Part shown: piece after piece, positions 17,132 through 25,541 of the stretch
Position numbering within the stretch: the first letter of the stretch is position 1
Layout of the letters: each line of letters begins with the position of its first letter
NCBI GenBank assembly: GCA_964459165.1
Contig: CAYWKM010000001.1
Coordinates: 1-50,778, forward strand
Origin: an uncultured Clostridia bacterium
Lineage (GTDB): Bacteria > Bacillota > Clostridia > Christensenellales > Borkfalkiaceae
DNA: 50,778 bases
Direction of reading: 5' to 3'
Program-made: the position numbers and the translations under genes
The notes under the pieces: model-generated
The model's input: the letters and a program-made list of their open reading frames with translations, nothing else
The model's database searches: none
Told to the model about the DNA's origin: nothing

Positions 17132-17369
17132 TTCTTTTCCTCCCTAATTCGGAAATTGTTTTTTATTTTTATAGCGTTATTTTACTACAAATAAGCCTGT
17201 TTTTCAATGGACAAATATAACAAAAACGAACGAGCTTTTTGTATAATCTATCCAAAATATCTTTCAGTTTTTTGTCCGATGGAACAACGCTATAAATTTC
17301 TTAACGGTAAATATGAAATATAAATGTGAATTTTAAACAATTATGACGGATCCCGTCGATTTTCCCCCG

Positions 17370-19088
17370 TTATTTGACGCTTGCAAGGAGCGCGGCCACC
17401 GCCTGCTTCATCTCTTCCAATTCGACTTTCGCGGCGGCTTCGTCCTTCGCTTTTACGGAATAGTAAACCTTGAGCTTCGGTTCCGTTCCGGAAGGACGCA
17501 CGCAGATAAAGGAGCCCCCCTCGAGTTCGTAATAAACGCAGTTGCATTTGGGAATATTCAAAGCTTCCGTCTTGCCGGTCGCATAATCGATCCTCTTATC
17601 GGCGGAGTAATCTCTGAATCCTACCACGTTATAGGAGGCAAACTTATCCACTCTCACATTTTTGAGCGCGTCTACCACGGCGTTCATTTCTTTCATGGCG
17701 TTCAGTCCGGAGTATTGCGTGGAAACGTTCGTATCGAGGACATAGCCGTACGTCGAATAAATTTCCTGCAATCTCTTATACACGGTCGTGCCGATATACG
17801 TATAATAACAAACCATTTCGGCGCACAGCATGGAAGCGACGACGGCGTCTTTATCCCTTGCGTGGGTACCTCTCAGGTATCCGCAGGATTCTTCAAACCC
17901 AAAGACATACGTGTAAGCGCCGTCCTTTTCCCATTGTTTAATCTTCTCGCCGATAAACTTGAAGCCCACGGGCACCTCAAAGAGCTTTACCCCGTAGCTG
18001 TCGCAAATGAGCTTCGCCATGCCGGTGGTGACAAAAGACTTTACGACCGCAGCGTTGGCGGGAAGCTTCCCGTCCTTCTTTAATTTCGCGAGGATATAAT
18101 CGAGGAGGAGAATCCCTACCTGATTGCCGGAGAGCGCGATAAATTCTCCCCGATCGTCTTTGACGGCGACCCCCAAGCGATCGGAATCGGGATCCGTTCC
18201 GAAAACGACGTCCGCATGAATCTTGTTGGCGAGATCGACGCCCATGGAAAGCGTCTCCTTAAATTCGGGATTGGGCACCTTTACCGTAGAGAATTCGGGA
18301 TCCTTCGTCGTCTGTTCCTCGACGACGGTGACGTTGATGCCGAGCTTTTTTAAAATCGTCATGACGGGAACGTAACCGCTTCCGTGGACGGGCGTATAGA
18401 CGAGCTTTAAATCCTTTCCGCACGCCTGAACGGCTTCCGGCGAAAGGGTGAGCTTGGAAATCTCTTCGATATAAGTTTTGTCCACTTCCTCGGGAACGGG
18501 AAGAATGAGCGCGCTTTCCGGATCTCCGGAAACGGACAGATAATCGGTGATTTTATTGATATAGCTTACGACGACCGCGGTATCTTCGGGCGACATCTGC
18601 GCGCCGTCCGCGCCGTACACCTTATAGCCGTTGTATTCCTTGGGATTGTGCGAAGCCGTCACCATAATACCCGCGATCGCGCCGAGGTATCTTACGGAAT
18701 AGCTGAGCATGGGGACGGGATGAACGTCGTCGAAAAGATACGCCTTGACGCCGTTCTTTGCGAGGACGGAAGCCGCCGCCTCGGCGAATACGCGCGATTT
18801 TCTTCTCGTGTCGTAAGAAATTACGACTCCCCTTGCCGCCGCTTCGTCTCCGAGCGTTTTGATGAACTCGGAAAGTCCCTGCGTGGCGCGCATGACGGTA
18901 TAGACGTTCATTTTGTTCATACCGTAGCCGATGATCCCCCTCATGCCGGCCGTGCCGAATTCGAGCTCTCCGCCGAAAGCGTATTCGATCGCTTTTTCAT
19001 CGTCGGCGATCGCGCGAAGCTCCGCTCTTCCCTCGTCGTTTAATCTTTCGTCGTTCAACCAGCTCAAATAATTTGCCTTATAATCCAT
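17370..19088 (-). CDS. Alpha-D-phosphohexomutase (phosphoglucomutase/phosphomannomutase, PgcA-like)
   Basis: Active-site phosphoserine loop TASHNPKEYNGYKVY and metal loop FGTDPDSDR. 572 aa. Confidence 0.9.
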   Translation of the reverse strand: MDYKANYLSWLNDERLNDEGRAELRAIADDEKAIEYAFGGELEFGTAGMRGIIGYGMNKMNVYTVMRATQGLSEFIKTLGDEAAARGVVISYDTRRKSRVFAEAAASVLAKNGVKAYLFDDVHPVPMLSYSVRYLGAIAGIMVTASHNPKEYNGYKVYGADGAQMSPEDTAVVVSYINKITDYLSVSGDPESALILPVPEEVDKTYIEEISKLTLSPEAVQACGKDLKLVYTPVHGSGYVPVMTILKKLGINVTVVEEQTTKDPEFSTVKVPNPEFKETLSMGVDLANKIHADVVFGTDPDSDRLGVAVKDDRGEFIALSGNQVGILLLDYILAKLKKDGKLPANAAVVKSFVTTGMAKLICDSYGVKLFEVPVGFKFIGEKIKQWEKDGAYTYVFGFEESCGYLRGTHARDKDAVVASMLCAEMVCYYTYIGTTVYKRLQEIYSTYGYVLDTNVSTQYSGLNAMKEMNAVVDALKNVRVDKFASYNVVGFRDYSADKRIDYATGKTEALNIPKCNCVYYELEGGSFICVRPSGTEPKLKVYYSVKAKDEAAAKVELEEMKQAVAALLASVK

Positions 19089-19151
19089 TCTACTCCCTCC
19101 GTGAATTTTTTATATGATATCGCACCGCCTTGAAAGACGGATTTTTCTTTG

Positions 19152-20126
19152 TTAAAAATTTTCTTCCTTGATATCCGATTCGTCTACGAACTTCGACCGC
19201 ATCCCCTTATCTTTATTGTCGGCGATCTTATAGTAATTGACAAAATACTTCTTGCCCTCTATCGTGTAATAGTTGACGAATTGCAGACAAAGCAAGAATA
19301 AAAAAGAGGCGGGGACCGTGAGAAGAAGCGCGCTGAACACCGTACAAACGGCAAACACGATGTTGACCACCACGATTAAATAAAGGGCGATCAGATAATT
19401 GGAGAACATTCTCGCCCGGTAAGGAACTCTCGTTCGGAAGCAGCTTCCGAACGCTTTTACGACGGGCATATGACCTTCGATGATAGAAGGCATCCAATTG
19501 GAAATTATCGTCAATTTCAACGCCTCGCAGACAAAGACGCCCGTAACCGAAAAGAACAACGTCACAAGGAGCGGCGTCGCCGATAAAAGGGCGAAGAAAA
19601 TGAGATAACACAGAAAGAGAAGCAATCCGTCGTACACAAAAGACATGAGAACGTACAAAACAGCGTAGACGCTTGCCTCGCCGAGCGTTTTGACAAGACT
19701 GGCGAAGAAAGAGATATCCGCGTAGGAATTCATTTTATCGTCTAACATACTGCCGAAAGCGAAATTCCCCACCGTATCGAGAAAGCGAAACAAAATATAA
19801 GTAAACACGACGCCGATGACCGCGCCCACGATATGCGAAATTTTGGAAGAAACCAACACGACGAGCGCATGAAACGCGTCGGCGATGCTCGTCTGAAATC
19901 CCGCGAGATATTCCGTATTGCCGGAAACGAGCGCACGGAAAAATTCCCGAATCGTTTCGATACAGTTCTGTAATTCCGCGCTCCCGAAAATATAAGAGAG
20001 ACTCGGAATGACGAACGCGAGGGCGATACTTACCGTAACGATCATGACGACAAGCTTATATAAGAGCATTTTATAGATAATGCCGAAATTATCGATCAAT
20101 AAATGTAAACTGTTGCGAAAGCGCAT
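19152..20126 (-). CDS. Polytopic membrane protein of unknown function
   Basis: 324 aa with 6 or more hydrophobic helices and a charged C-terminal tail (KDKGMRSKFVDESDIKEENF). It starts 3 nt after the stop of the upstream membrane gene. Confidence 0.6.
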   Translation of the reverse strand: MRFRNSLHLLIDNFGIIYKMLLYKLVVMIVTVSIALAFVIPSLSYIFGSAELQNCIETIREFFRALVSGNTEYLAGFQTSIADAFHALVVLVSSKISHIVGAVIGVVFTYILFRFLDTVGNFAFGSMLDDKMNSYADISFFASLVKTLGEASVYAVLYVLMSFVYDGLLLFLCYLIFFALLSATPLLVTLFFSVTGVFVCEALKLTIISNWMPSIIEGHMPVVKAFGSCFRTRVPYRARMFSNYLIALYLIVVVNIVFAVCTVFSALLLTVPASFLFLLCLQFVNYYTIEGKKYFVNYYKIADNKDKGMRSKFVDESDIKEENF

Positions 20127-20128
20127 CT

Positions 20129-21001
20129 TTATCTATTTCCCCCTTTTTCAATCGGTTTATATTGATAAGGAGGATGCAAATCGGCTCTCTCCATCTGATC
20201 CTGTTCAAAGTACGCCACTTCCTGTCCGACGGTAAACATCGTAAACAAAATCGTATATACGAAAAAGACGACGACGTAAGCGAGCGCGCCGTTTTTAATC
20301 GCGAGGCTGCACAGCGTCGTAAAGCCTGCGACGACAAGCACGGTTCCCCCCGTAAAGACGGCATACGTGCCAATGAGCTCCTTTTTGATACCGGAGAGAA
20401 GCTGATACGCATATTTGAGCGATTCGTAAAAGCGGAATCCCGTTATCTGCAAACAAGGAAGCCATAAATAGAACATATGTACCGCATACAGGAGCGCAAA
20501 AACCATCACGGCGAATACGATGACGACGAAGATGTATTGAGCCGGCGCAATTCCGGAAAAAATTTGAATAAATCCGAAGAGAATCGCGCTCGTCAGAACC
20601 GCCCATATTTCGTACAGCGCGGTATACATGACGAGGATTCCGAGCGTCGAAGTAAAATTATCGTTGATTTTTCTCCATATGCCGTTTAACGTTCTCTTTC
20701 CTATTCTCATATGCTTTTCAATAAAGGCAAACTGCATCGAAAGAAGAATCGCAAGCAGGATGAGAATCGCGAAGGAGACGAGGGTATACGCCCAATGCGA
20801 AAAATTCATGACGGAGACGGAGCCGAAAATTTCCGCAAAAGTCGCATCTCCGATTTCTCCGGTAAAAAATTTTCTCAGAAATTCGCCGAAATCGGCATAA
20901 TCGAACATCACGGTCAGAAGAGCCCCGCCCACGAAAGCAAACGGCAATATCTGAATGCAATTTTTTCGCACATAATAAAACGTTTTCTTCAAAATCAGCA
21001 T
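20129..21001 (-). CDS. Polytopic membrane protein of unknown function
   Basis: 290 aa with 6 or more hydrophobic helices. It has no recognisable catalytic motif. Confidence 0.6.
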   Translation of the reverse strand: MLILKKTFYYVRKNCIQILPFAFVGGALLTVMFDYADFGEFLRKFFTGEIGDATFAEIFGSVSVMNFSHWAYTLVSFAILILLAILLSMQFAFIEKHMRIGKRTLNGIWRKINDNFTSTLGILVMYTALYEIWAVLTSAILFGFIQIFSGIAPAQYIFVVIVFAVMVFALLYAVHMFYLWLPCLQITGFRFYESLKYAYQLLSGIKKELIGTYAVFTGGTVLVVAGFTTLCSLAIKNGALAYVVVFFVYTILFTMFTVGQEVAYFEQDQMERADLHPPYQYKPIEKGGNR

Positions 21002-21092
21002 GACAATACCCCTGACGTTTTTCTCTTACTATTATATTACAAAATATCGATTCTGTAAAGGGTTTCGGAGAAAAAAATTTTTCATCCCGACG

Positions 21093-21124
21093 AGAAAGCC
21101 GATCGTTTTTTTTAAACGATCGGC
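21093..21124 (-). terminator. Terminator-like hairpin at the distal end of the phage-like operon
   Basis: 10-bp stem GCCGATCGTT (21098-21107) / AACGATCGGC (21115-21124). The minus-strand transcript continues with UUUCUCG. It lies about 50 nt after the stop at 21172. Confidence 0.55.
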
Positions 21125-21171
21125 CCGCGCGCCCGAAGGAATCTCTTGCCTTCCGCTTCAAATAAATGCTT

Positions 21172-21693
21172 TTACAGGAAAGATTCCAGATAATATTTCA
21201 TGGTGGAATAATATTCCCCGAGATAATCTTCCGCAACCGAATCCCCTAAAAACGCCGCATATCTCTGAGCGGGATCTTCGATCTGCATATAGTATTCCTT
21301 TACGAGACGAAATCTGTCCGCGTACGACAGGGACTCGTCCGGATCCGACGGATTGTAGACGATCTCGCTCGTTTCCACGGAAGAATCCTCCTCCGTATCG
21401 CCGCCCGACGAATCGGAGGGATCCGTCGCGTTTACGACGGCGTCGAGCGTAACCGTTCTGAGGTCGCTCACCGCCCGATCGTATTCCTCCCCGAGCGCCA
21501 GATAAAGGAGCGAGAGCATATTCGATCGCGCCGTACCGTTCGCTATCAATTGAAGCTTGGCGTTCTCTCTGTCCGTATCCAATTGCTTTTGCAAAGCGTT
21601 CTTCTTTTCCTGCGCCGCGTACAGAATCTTCCGTTGCTCGTAATTCAACGTCGCGTACTGCTCCTCGGTGAAAGCAATGATATCAATATTCAT
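21172..21693 (-). CDS. Phage-module protein, helical and acidic (positional analogue of P22 gp26 plug)
   Basis: 173 aa, overlapping the upstream gene by 11 nt. It has a heptad-like N-terminal helix (YEQRKILYAAQEKKNALQKQLDTDRENAKLQL) and an acidic Ser/Asp linker. The function is inferred only from position. Confidence 0.5.
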   Translation of the reverse strand: MNIDIIAFTEEQYATLNYEQRKILYAAQEKKNALQKQLDTDRENAKLQLIANGTARSNMLSLLYLALGEEYDRAVSDLRTVTLDAVVNATDPSDSSGGDTEEDSSVETSEIVYNPSDPDESLSYADRFRLVKEYYMQIEDPAQRYAAFLGDSVAEDYLGEYYSTMKYYLESFL

Positions 21694-23035
21694 CGACCGT
21701 CGCCTCCAATCCGTATAAAGTCGCGTTGCTCCCGCATATCTTCACATTGAAAGTTCTTCCGCACAGCCGAGGGTGCAAGAGAACGCTCCCCTCCGCGTTC
21801 GCCCCGAACGAACGAGATTCATCCGAAACGACGACGCTGTATTTTCCCTCCGCGCGGATAAAGAGATCCTTCAAGATCTTCCGCTTTCCGCCCAAAAAGA
21901 AATCCGTCGGGCCGCTCTCCCACAGGCAATCGTACGCGTCGCCCTCTTCTCTTTCCCTTACGTAATATAAATCGGCCCCCTCGAAAAAATACAGCTTATC
22001 CGAAAAGGAGAAAAAGCTATCCCCGTGAAAGGGAAGCAGATATCCCTCTTTCTCGCTCGCGTCGATGCAGAGCGACGCCTTCGTTTCGTCCTTCAAGACG
22101 ACTCCCGCATAATATTTCTCCCCGTGCGCGCAGGGAATCCCGAAGTCTCCCTTTTTCAATAGGGCGAAAAGCTCGCCGCACATCCTTTCGGCTTTCGTTC
22201 CGTCAAAGCGGTAAATCCCCTCGTCCGTCAGAAATACGACGTATCCCCCGCATACGGCGACGCTCTCCTTTACGATGTTTCCGCAGGAGACGTCGAGGGC
22301 GGAGACGTAAAAGTTTCTATTATCCCCCATGGCGCGCAATCGGGTGATTCCCCTCTCGCGAATCAGATACAGCCTGCCGTCGTAACCGATCAGCCGAAGG
22401 ATCTTTCCCTTGTCCTCGGGGATCTCGATATATCCCGCCCCCTGTACGTTCTCGGTAAAATCATTGACGTCGAGCGCTCTCGAAAAGGTTATTTTACAGT
22501 CGGACTCCTCGTTTGATAGAAACAACCGCTCGTAATGCACCGCCGCGCACGAGGAAGAGGGAACGGAGGCGAGCTGCGCGAACGCGTTTTCGCTCCCGCT
22601 GAAAAGATACGCTCCCTCCTTCCCCGCGAAGAGGAAACGCTCCTCTCGATCCGTCGTCATATAAAACATTCCCTCGGGCGGAGAGGAAAACGCGATCCCC
22701 GAGGCAGTCGCGCTTCCGTCCGTTTCCAAGCGGTAAAGCTTCCCGTCCGCCCCGTACGCGAAGAGAATTTCCTCGTGCGAATCGCCGCTGCGATAGCGGT
22801 AAACGTACGCCCGCTTCATTTCAACGGGGAAGGAGACTTCCGCGCCGTCCGCCGTCGCCCGCTCCGCCGCAGGTCCGCTCGTCAGCGAGCCGCCTTCGCC
22901 TTGAAAGCCGACGCAGGTTCGGGCGAACAATTTTTCTCCCGCGTCCTCTCCGCGATAGGAATATATCCCGTCGAAATATTTCTTTTTCGTCGAGAAGGAA
23001 GACTGCCCTTCGATCGTTTTTTCCAAAAATATCAT
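21683..23035 (-). CDS. Phage-module structural protein with repeated beta-strand blades (positional and size analogue of P22 gp10)
   Basis: Start set at ATG 23035 (MIFLEKTIEG...), which forms an ATGA overlap with the upstream stop. The longer ORF from 23263 would overlap the upstream gene by 230 nt. Recurrent motifs are GKLYRLETDGS, GAYLFSGS, GRLYLIRERG and EGIYRFDGT. 450 aa. Confidence 0.6.
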   Translation of the reverse strand: MIFLEKTIEGQSSFSTKKKYFDGIYSYRGEDAGEKLFARTCVGFQGEGGSLTSGPAAERATADGAEVSFPVEMKRAYVYRYRSGDSHEEILFAYGADGKLYRLETDGSATASGIAFSSPPEGMFYMTTDREERFLFAGKEGAYLFSGSENAFAQLASVPSSSCAAVHYERLFLSNEESDCKITFSRALDVNDFTENVQGAGYIEIPEDKGKILRLIGYDGRLYLIRERGITRLRAMGDNRNFYVSALDVSCGNIVKESVAVCGGYVVFLTDEGIYRFDGTKAERMCGELFALLKKGDFGIPCAHGEKYYAGVVLKDETKASLCIDASEKEGYLLPFHGDSFFSFSDKLYFFEGADLYYVREREEGDAYDCLWESGPTDFFLGGKRKILKDLFIRAEGKYSVVVSDESRSFGANAEGSVLLHPRLCGRTFNVKICGSNATLYGLEATVDEY

Positions 23036-23589
23036 ACCCAACTCCTGCAAGAAATCCTTCCCGCTCTCTCCCTCGCGACCAAGGCGGCGTGCAATTCCTC
23101 GTAAAAAGTTCTGTTCCAGACCGCGCTCTCGTTCAACAGATCCCGCGTGAGAAAATAATGTTTCAGGATTCCCGCGACCAAAGCGATCTCCGAAACCCCT
23201 CGATCGACCTCGCAGAAATCGTCCGCCGCCTTTTCCCTCGGACGGGAGGCGTATTCGATGCAAACCCGCCCCTTTTCCGTTTGAAGGTAAGAGGCAAAGC
23301 TGCGGTAGCCGAGCCTCTTCCCCTTGTCGTCCGTCAGCTTCTTCACGTAGGCGAAGGGGTACGCGAAGGAATCATAGCGGATCTTCCCCGTCTGCGTCTC
23401 GCAGATTTTTCGGTGCAGGAGGGGAAAATATTCCCCCGCGATTTCCGTTTCGACCTCGTTGTAATAGACGAGCAGCTCCTCCGCCTCCCCGTTGAGAGAC
23501 GCGTCCTCCTTGATCCCGCTCAAATGCTCAAACAGATCTCTCCTCCCCAAGTGCACCGCCGCCTTAGCTAAAATTTCTTTTACTATCAT
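23032..23589 (-). CDS. Phage-module protein (positional analogue of a head-tail adaptor, P22 gp4-like)
   Basis: 185 aa from ATG 23589, which has an AGGAG Shine-Dalgarno 6 nt upstream. The TTG at 23595 is less likely. It is the first gene after the capsid gene. Confidence 0.5.
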   Translation of the reverse strand: MIVKEILAKAAVHLGRRDLFEHLSGIKEDASLNGEAEELLVYYNEVETEIAGEYFPLLHRKICETQTGKIRYDSFAYPFAYVKKLTDDKGKRLGYRSFASYLQTEKGRVCIEYASRPREKAADDFCEVDRGVSEIALVAGILKHYFLTRDLLNESAVWNRTFYEELHAALVARERAGRISCRSWV

Positions 23590-23669
23590 GAACAACTCCT
23601 ATGTTAAAAACAGGGCGGTCGCGCCTTCAACCGTTTCAAGGCAAGCGGCGCGCCCTATCGCTTGTCGGT

Positions 23670-24836
23670 TTACGCTTCGGTAATGCCGGTGAGCATCGCC
23701 TGACCGCAGGGTCTGACGCAAAGGAGATTCGCATACTTGGCGAGCGTCGCTTCAAACAGGGGCTTTCCTGCGACCTGCTTCAAGATTTTTCCGTCCTCCC
23801 CTCTGAGCCAATCCCATTCGCCGAGCTGATGCAGGCAGAAATCGTCTGTGTTTAACAGATACATCGTCCCCTTGGGACAGAACCTGTCGGTCACGACGGG
23901 AATGCCGTTGAAGCTCATGGCGAGATATCCGCCCGCGAGCTCCATTACGTCGATATTTCTCTTGTATTGGGAAAGCACGTCGGCGAGCGCCCTCTTTACG
24001 CCCCACGAACACATGATGAAATTAACCTTGGAGCCGGAAACCTCGTCGAGATAATCGATGACCTTCTGAATGGTATTCTCGCTGATCGACCCGACGGAAG
24101 AGAGCTTATACGGCTGCATACAGCTGCTGACGCTTCTTTCCACGCCGTAGAGCTTTTCGCTGTCCGAAAAGAGGGCGGCGAGTCCCGTAATTTCCAAACC
24201 GTAGGAATTTTGCACCGTAACGAAGCTGTCCGCGGGAAGGTCCGTAGCGGTAACGGTATCGCCGCTCACTTGGATATATTTTCCCGTTCTGTCGACGTAG
24301 GTAATCGTCCTGCCGGTATCGATCACCGTACCCGTTTCCGAATAAAAATCGAGTTTCATCCCCTCGAAGCAGGCCAAAACGGTATCGAGGTAAATTTTAC
24401 CGGCGGCCACCCCGGCTACCGTGCCGACCTTGCCGGAACCGTCGCCGAACGTCATTCTGGCGAGATTGAACGACGCGCTTTTGACCAAAGACTCCATTTC
24501 CTCGTTCAAGAGATTGACGAACGCCCCCTCGTCGTTCCGCGAAGCCTTGATCGCCTTATCGGAAATACAAATGGTTCCGAATAAATTTTTCAATTCGCCG
24601 GTGAAGCAAAGGTACTTGCTTCCGCCGTACGCGGGAAGATTTCCGTCCTCCGTTCCCGCCCCGACGCCTCCGTTGACGCCGTATCTGACGACCTTTTTCA
24701 CGTCCTTTCCGTACACGTCGGCGGTCGACTGTTTGATCGCGGCGAGAAAAGGATTCGCCTTCATATTCAGCTGATCCGTCACCGCGTCGAGATAAAAGGA
24801 TTTCAATGCGTTGTCCGCTGTTTCCAAAGTAATCAT
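23670..24836 (-). CDS. Phage major capsid protein (HK97-fold type)
   Basis: 388 aa from ATG 24836, with an AAGGAG Shine-Dalgarno. It follows the scaffold gene. Capsid-like C-terminal segment SFNGIPVVTDRFCPKGTMYLLNTDDFCLHQLGEWDWL. It is the only gene in the module flanked by intergenic gaps, with a hairpin downstream. Confidence 0.7.
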   Translation of the reverse strand: MITLETADNALKSFYLDAVTDQLNMKANPFLAAIKQSTADVYGKDVKKVVRYGVNGGVGAGTEDGNLPAYGGSKYLCFTGELKNLFGTICISDKAIKASRNDEGAFVNLLNEEMESLVKSASFNLARMTFGDGSGKVGTVAGVAAGKIYLDTVLACFEGMKLDFYSETGTVIDTGRTITYVDRTGKYIQVSGDTVTATDLPADSFVTVQNSYGLEITGLAALFSDSEKLYGVERSVSSCMQPYKLSSVGSISENTIQKVIDYLDEVSGSKVNFIMCSWGVKRALADVLSQYKRNIDVMELAGGYLAMSFNGIPVVTDRFCPKGTMYLLNTDDFCLHQLGEWDWLRGEDGKILKQVAGKPLFEATLAKYANLLCVRPCGQAMLTGITEA

Positions 24837-24959
24837 ATCGTTATTTTCTCCTTGCATTCTGATTTTTTTGTTCGGGGAACAGGCAAAGCCCTTCTTTTGA
24901 AGCGGTTCAAAAACGCAGCTCTTTTCCGCCCCGCAGAAAGAATCGGGCTGTTTGCCCCT

Positions 24960-25538
24960 TTATTCCCCCTTGAAATATCGCAAAGCCAGATTTCCGGCTT
25001 CGCCGACCGTTTTCGGTCTTCGTTTTTCGGCGGGCACGCTCACGCCGCCGCCCCTCATTAAGGGGATTTTCTTCCCCGCGACGGAATCGAGATACTCTCT
25101 TATGACGCTCTCCTTCAACTCGTCGCTCAAAGAAACTTTGTCCGAAGCTTCCTCTTTTTTTCGCTCCGCTCCTCTCGGTTCTTCTCTTTCGGGGGAAGCC
25201 TCCTCCCTCGCGGTTTCGTCGGCGTTTGTCGCCTCCGCCGAAACGTCCTTCTCCGTTCCGCCGTCCCTTCCGGAGGAGGACTTCGTCGCCGTTTCGGACT
25301 CTTCTCCCTTATCCGTAAAAGAAATCCCCTTGCTTTCGCAGAGCTCCTTCAACCTTTTGAGCTGTTGACTCCTCTTCGTAAATTCCGCCTCCAGCTCGAC
25401 ATATGAACGATAAAGGGCATCGGGGCTTTTGAATTTTCCGAACGCCGCCGTGCCCGTTTCCTTCCTTTCGCCCTCCGGCGAACGCACCGCGTTCTCCTCC
25501 TTACAATCGTTCTCCCGAATGTTATCCTGTCCTTCCAT
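24960..25538 (-). CDS. Phage scaffolding protein
   Basis: 192 aa, very acidic and low-complexity, with a helical segment FKSPDALYRSYVELEAEFTKRSQQLKRLKEL typical of scaffolds. It lies between the portal and capsid genes. Confidence 0.6.
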   Translation of the reverse strand: MEGQDNIRENDCKEENAVRSPEGERKETGTAAFGKFKSPDALYRSYVELEAEFTKRSQQLKRLKELCESKGISFTDKGEESETATKSSSGRDGGTEKDVSAEATNADETAREEASPEREEPRGAERKKEEASDKVSLSDELKESVIREYLDSVAGKKIPLMRGGGVSVPAEKRRPKTVGEAGNLALRYFKGE

Positions 25539-25541
25539 TTT

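Noticed and set aside
23036-23263. N-terminal 76-codon extension of the 526-aa ORF (21683-23263)
   Set aside because: The extension overlaps the upstream gene by about 230 nt and is Arg/Gly-rich. ATG 23035 gives an ATGA stop/start junction typical of this operon.
23670-24836. The possibility that the HK97-type protein is an encapsulin shell rather than a phage capsid
   Set aside because: It sits between a scaffold gene and head-completion-like genes, in one operon with a portal and a terminase, which encapsulin loci lack.
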